Shown here: positions 63,602-64,000 of the stretch, one piece after another
Numbering within the stretch: position 1 is the first letter of the stretch
Layout: every line of letters begins with the position of its first letter
Source: Phoronis australis
Taxonomy: Eukaryota; Animalia; Phoronida
Length of the DNA: 64,000 bases
Direction of reading: 5' to 3'
NCBI GenBank assembly: GCA_002633005.1
Contig: NMRA01000037.1
Location: 372,001 to 436,000, forward strand
Made by a program: the position numbers and the translations under genes
The notes under the pieces: generated by a model
The model's database searches: none
Seen by the model: the letters and a program-made list of their open reading frames with translations, nothing else
Told to the model about the DNA's origin: nothing

Positions 63602-63909
63602 AATGGGGCTTAAGAAGGAAATGACCCTTTAAAAGGGGAGATTGTTGCATCACACTTTACAAATTAAGAATTATGTCCCATCACCAGACAACTTGCTGTC
63701 AACCACAACACTTACAAATGTGTGACATCTGCGGTTAGCCCAACCCTCGTTAAACGTGAAGTATTCTGTATTATGGTCTAGTCGCTGATGACCACCAAAC
63801 TGACTACTGTCCGAGTCCAGCACAATCATGTATCTAAGAGTTACACTAAGGAAAATGCAAACTTCTGTATCATGGTCCTCATTACAGCATAAACAATATC
63901 AAAAATTTT

Positions 63910-63983
63910 AACAGCTACAAGAACAACATCATCATCATCAAAAACAACAGAGCAACAACAACAGAACAACAACATAACAACAA
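63910..63983. repeat. Degenerate (CAA/CAT)n microsatellite
   Basis: caagaacaacatcatcatcatcaaaaacaacagagcaacaacaacagaacaacaacataacaacaa. Confidence 0.8.
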
Positions 63984-64000
63984 GGGGAAAATAATGTGAT

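Overview
Eukaryotic (invertebrate bilaterian-type) genomic DNA, about 40% GC, with spliceosomal introns. Almost all ORFs in the six-frame track are spurious; the real genes only appear by joining exons by hand. (1) Minus strand: a 10-coding-exon ETV6/ETV7 (TEL/Yan)-type ETS repressor with PNT/SAM and ETS domains, ATG 16214 to stop 4173, about 492 aa. (2) Plus strand: a 5-exon divergent ninjurin-family gene, 53227-58264, about 195 aa, which assembles only through a GC-AG intron. (3) The terminal coding exon of an unidentified plus-strand gene at 2156-2389. The rest is transposon-rich: several MITE families, a tRNA-derived SINE, a solo LTR, a Kolobok-like element, an Academ-like transposase fragment, a Penelope-like insertion with an inverted pLTR, and a possible decayed Chapaev/Transib-like element. 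A 3.1-3.2 kb tandem duplication (38075-44377) is joined at an N and is probably two uncollapsed alleles; they differ by a 12x12-bp minisatellite that arose inside a MITE terminus. I saw no CRISPR array, rRNA or convincing functional tRNA. All family calls come from motif recognition, not database searches.
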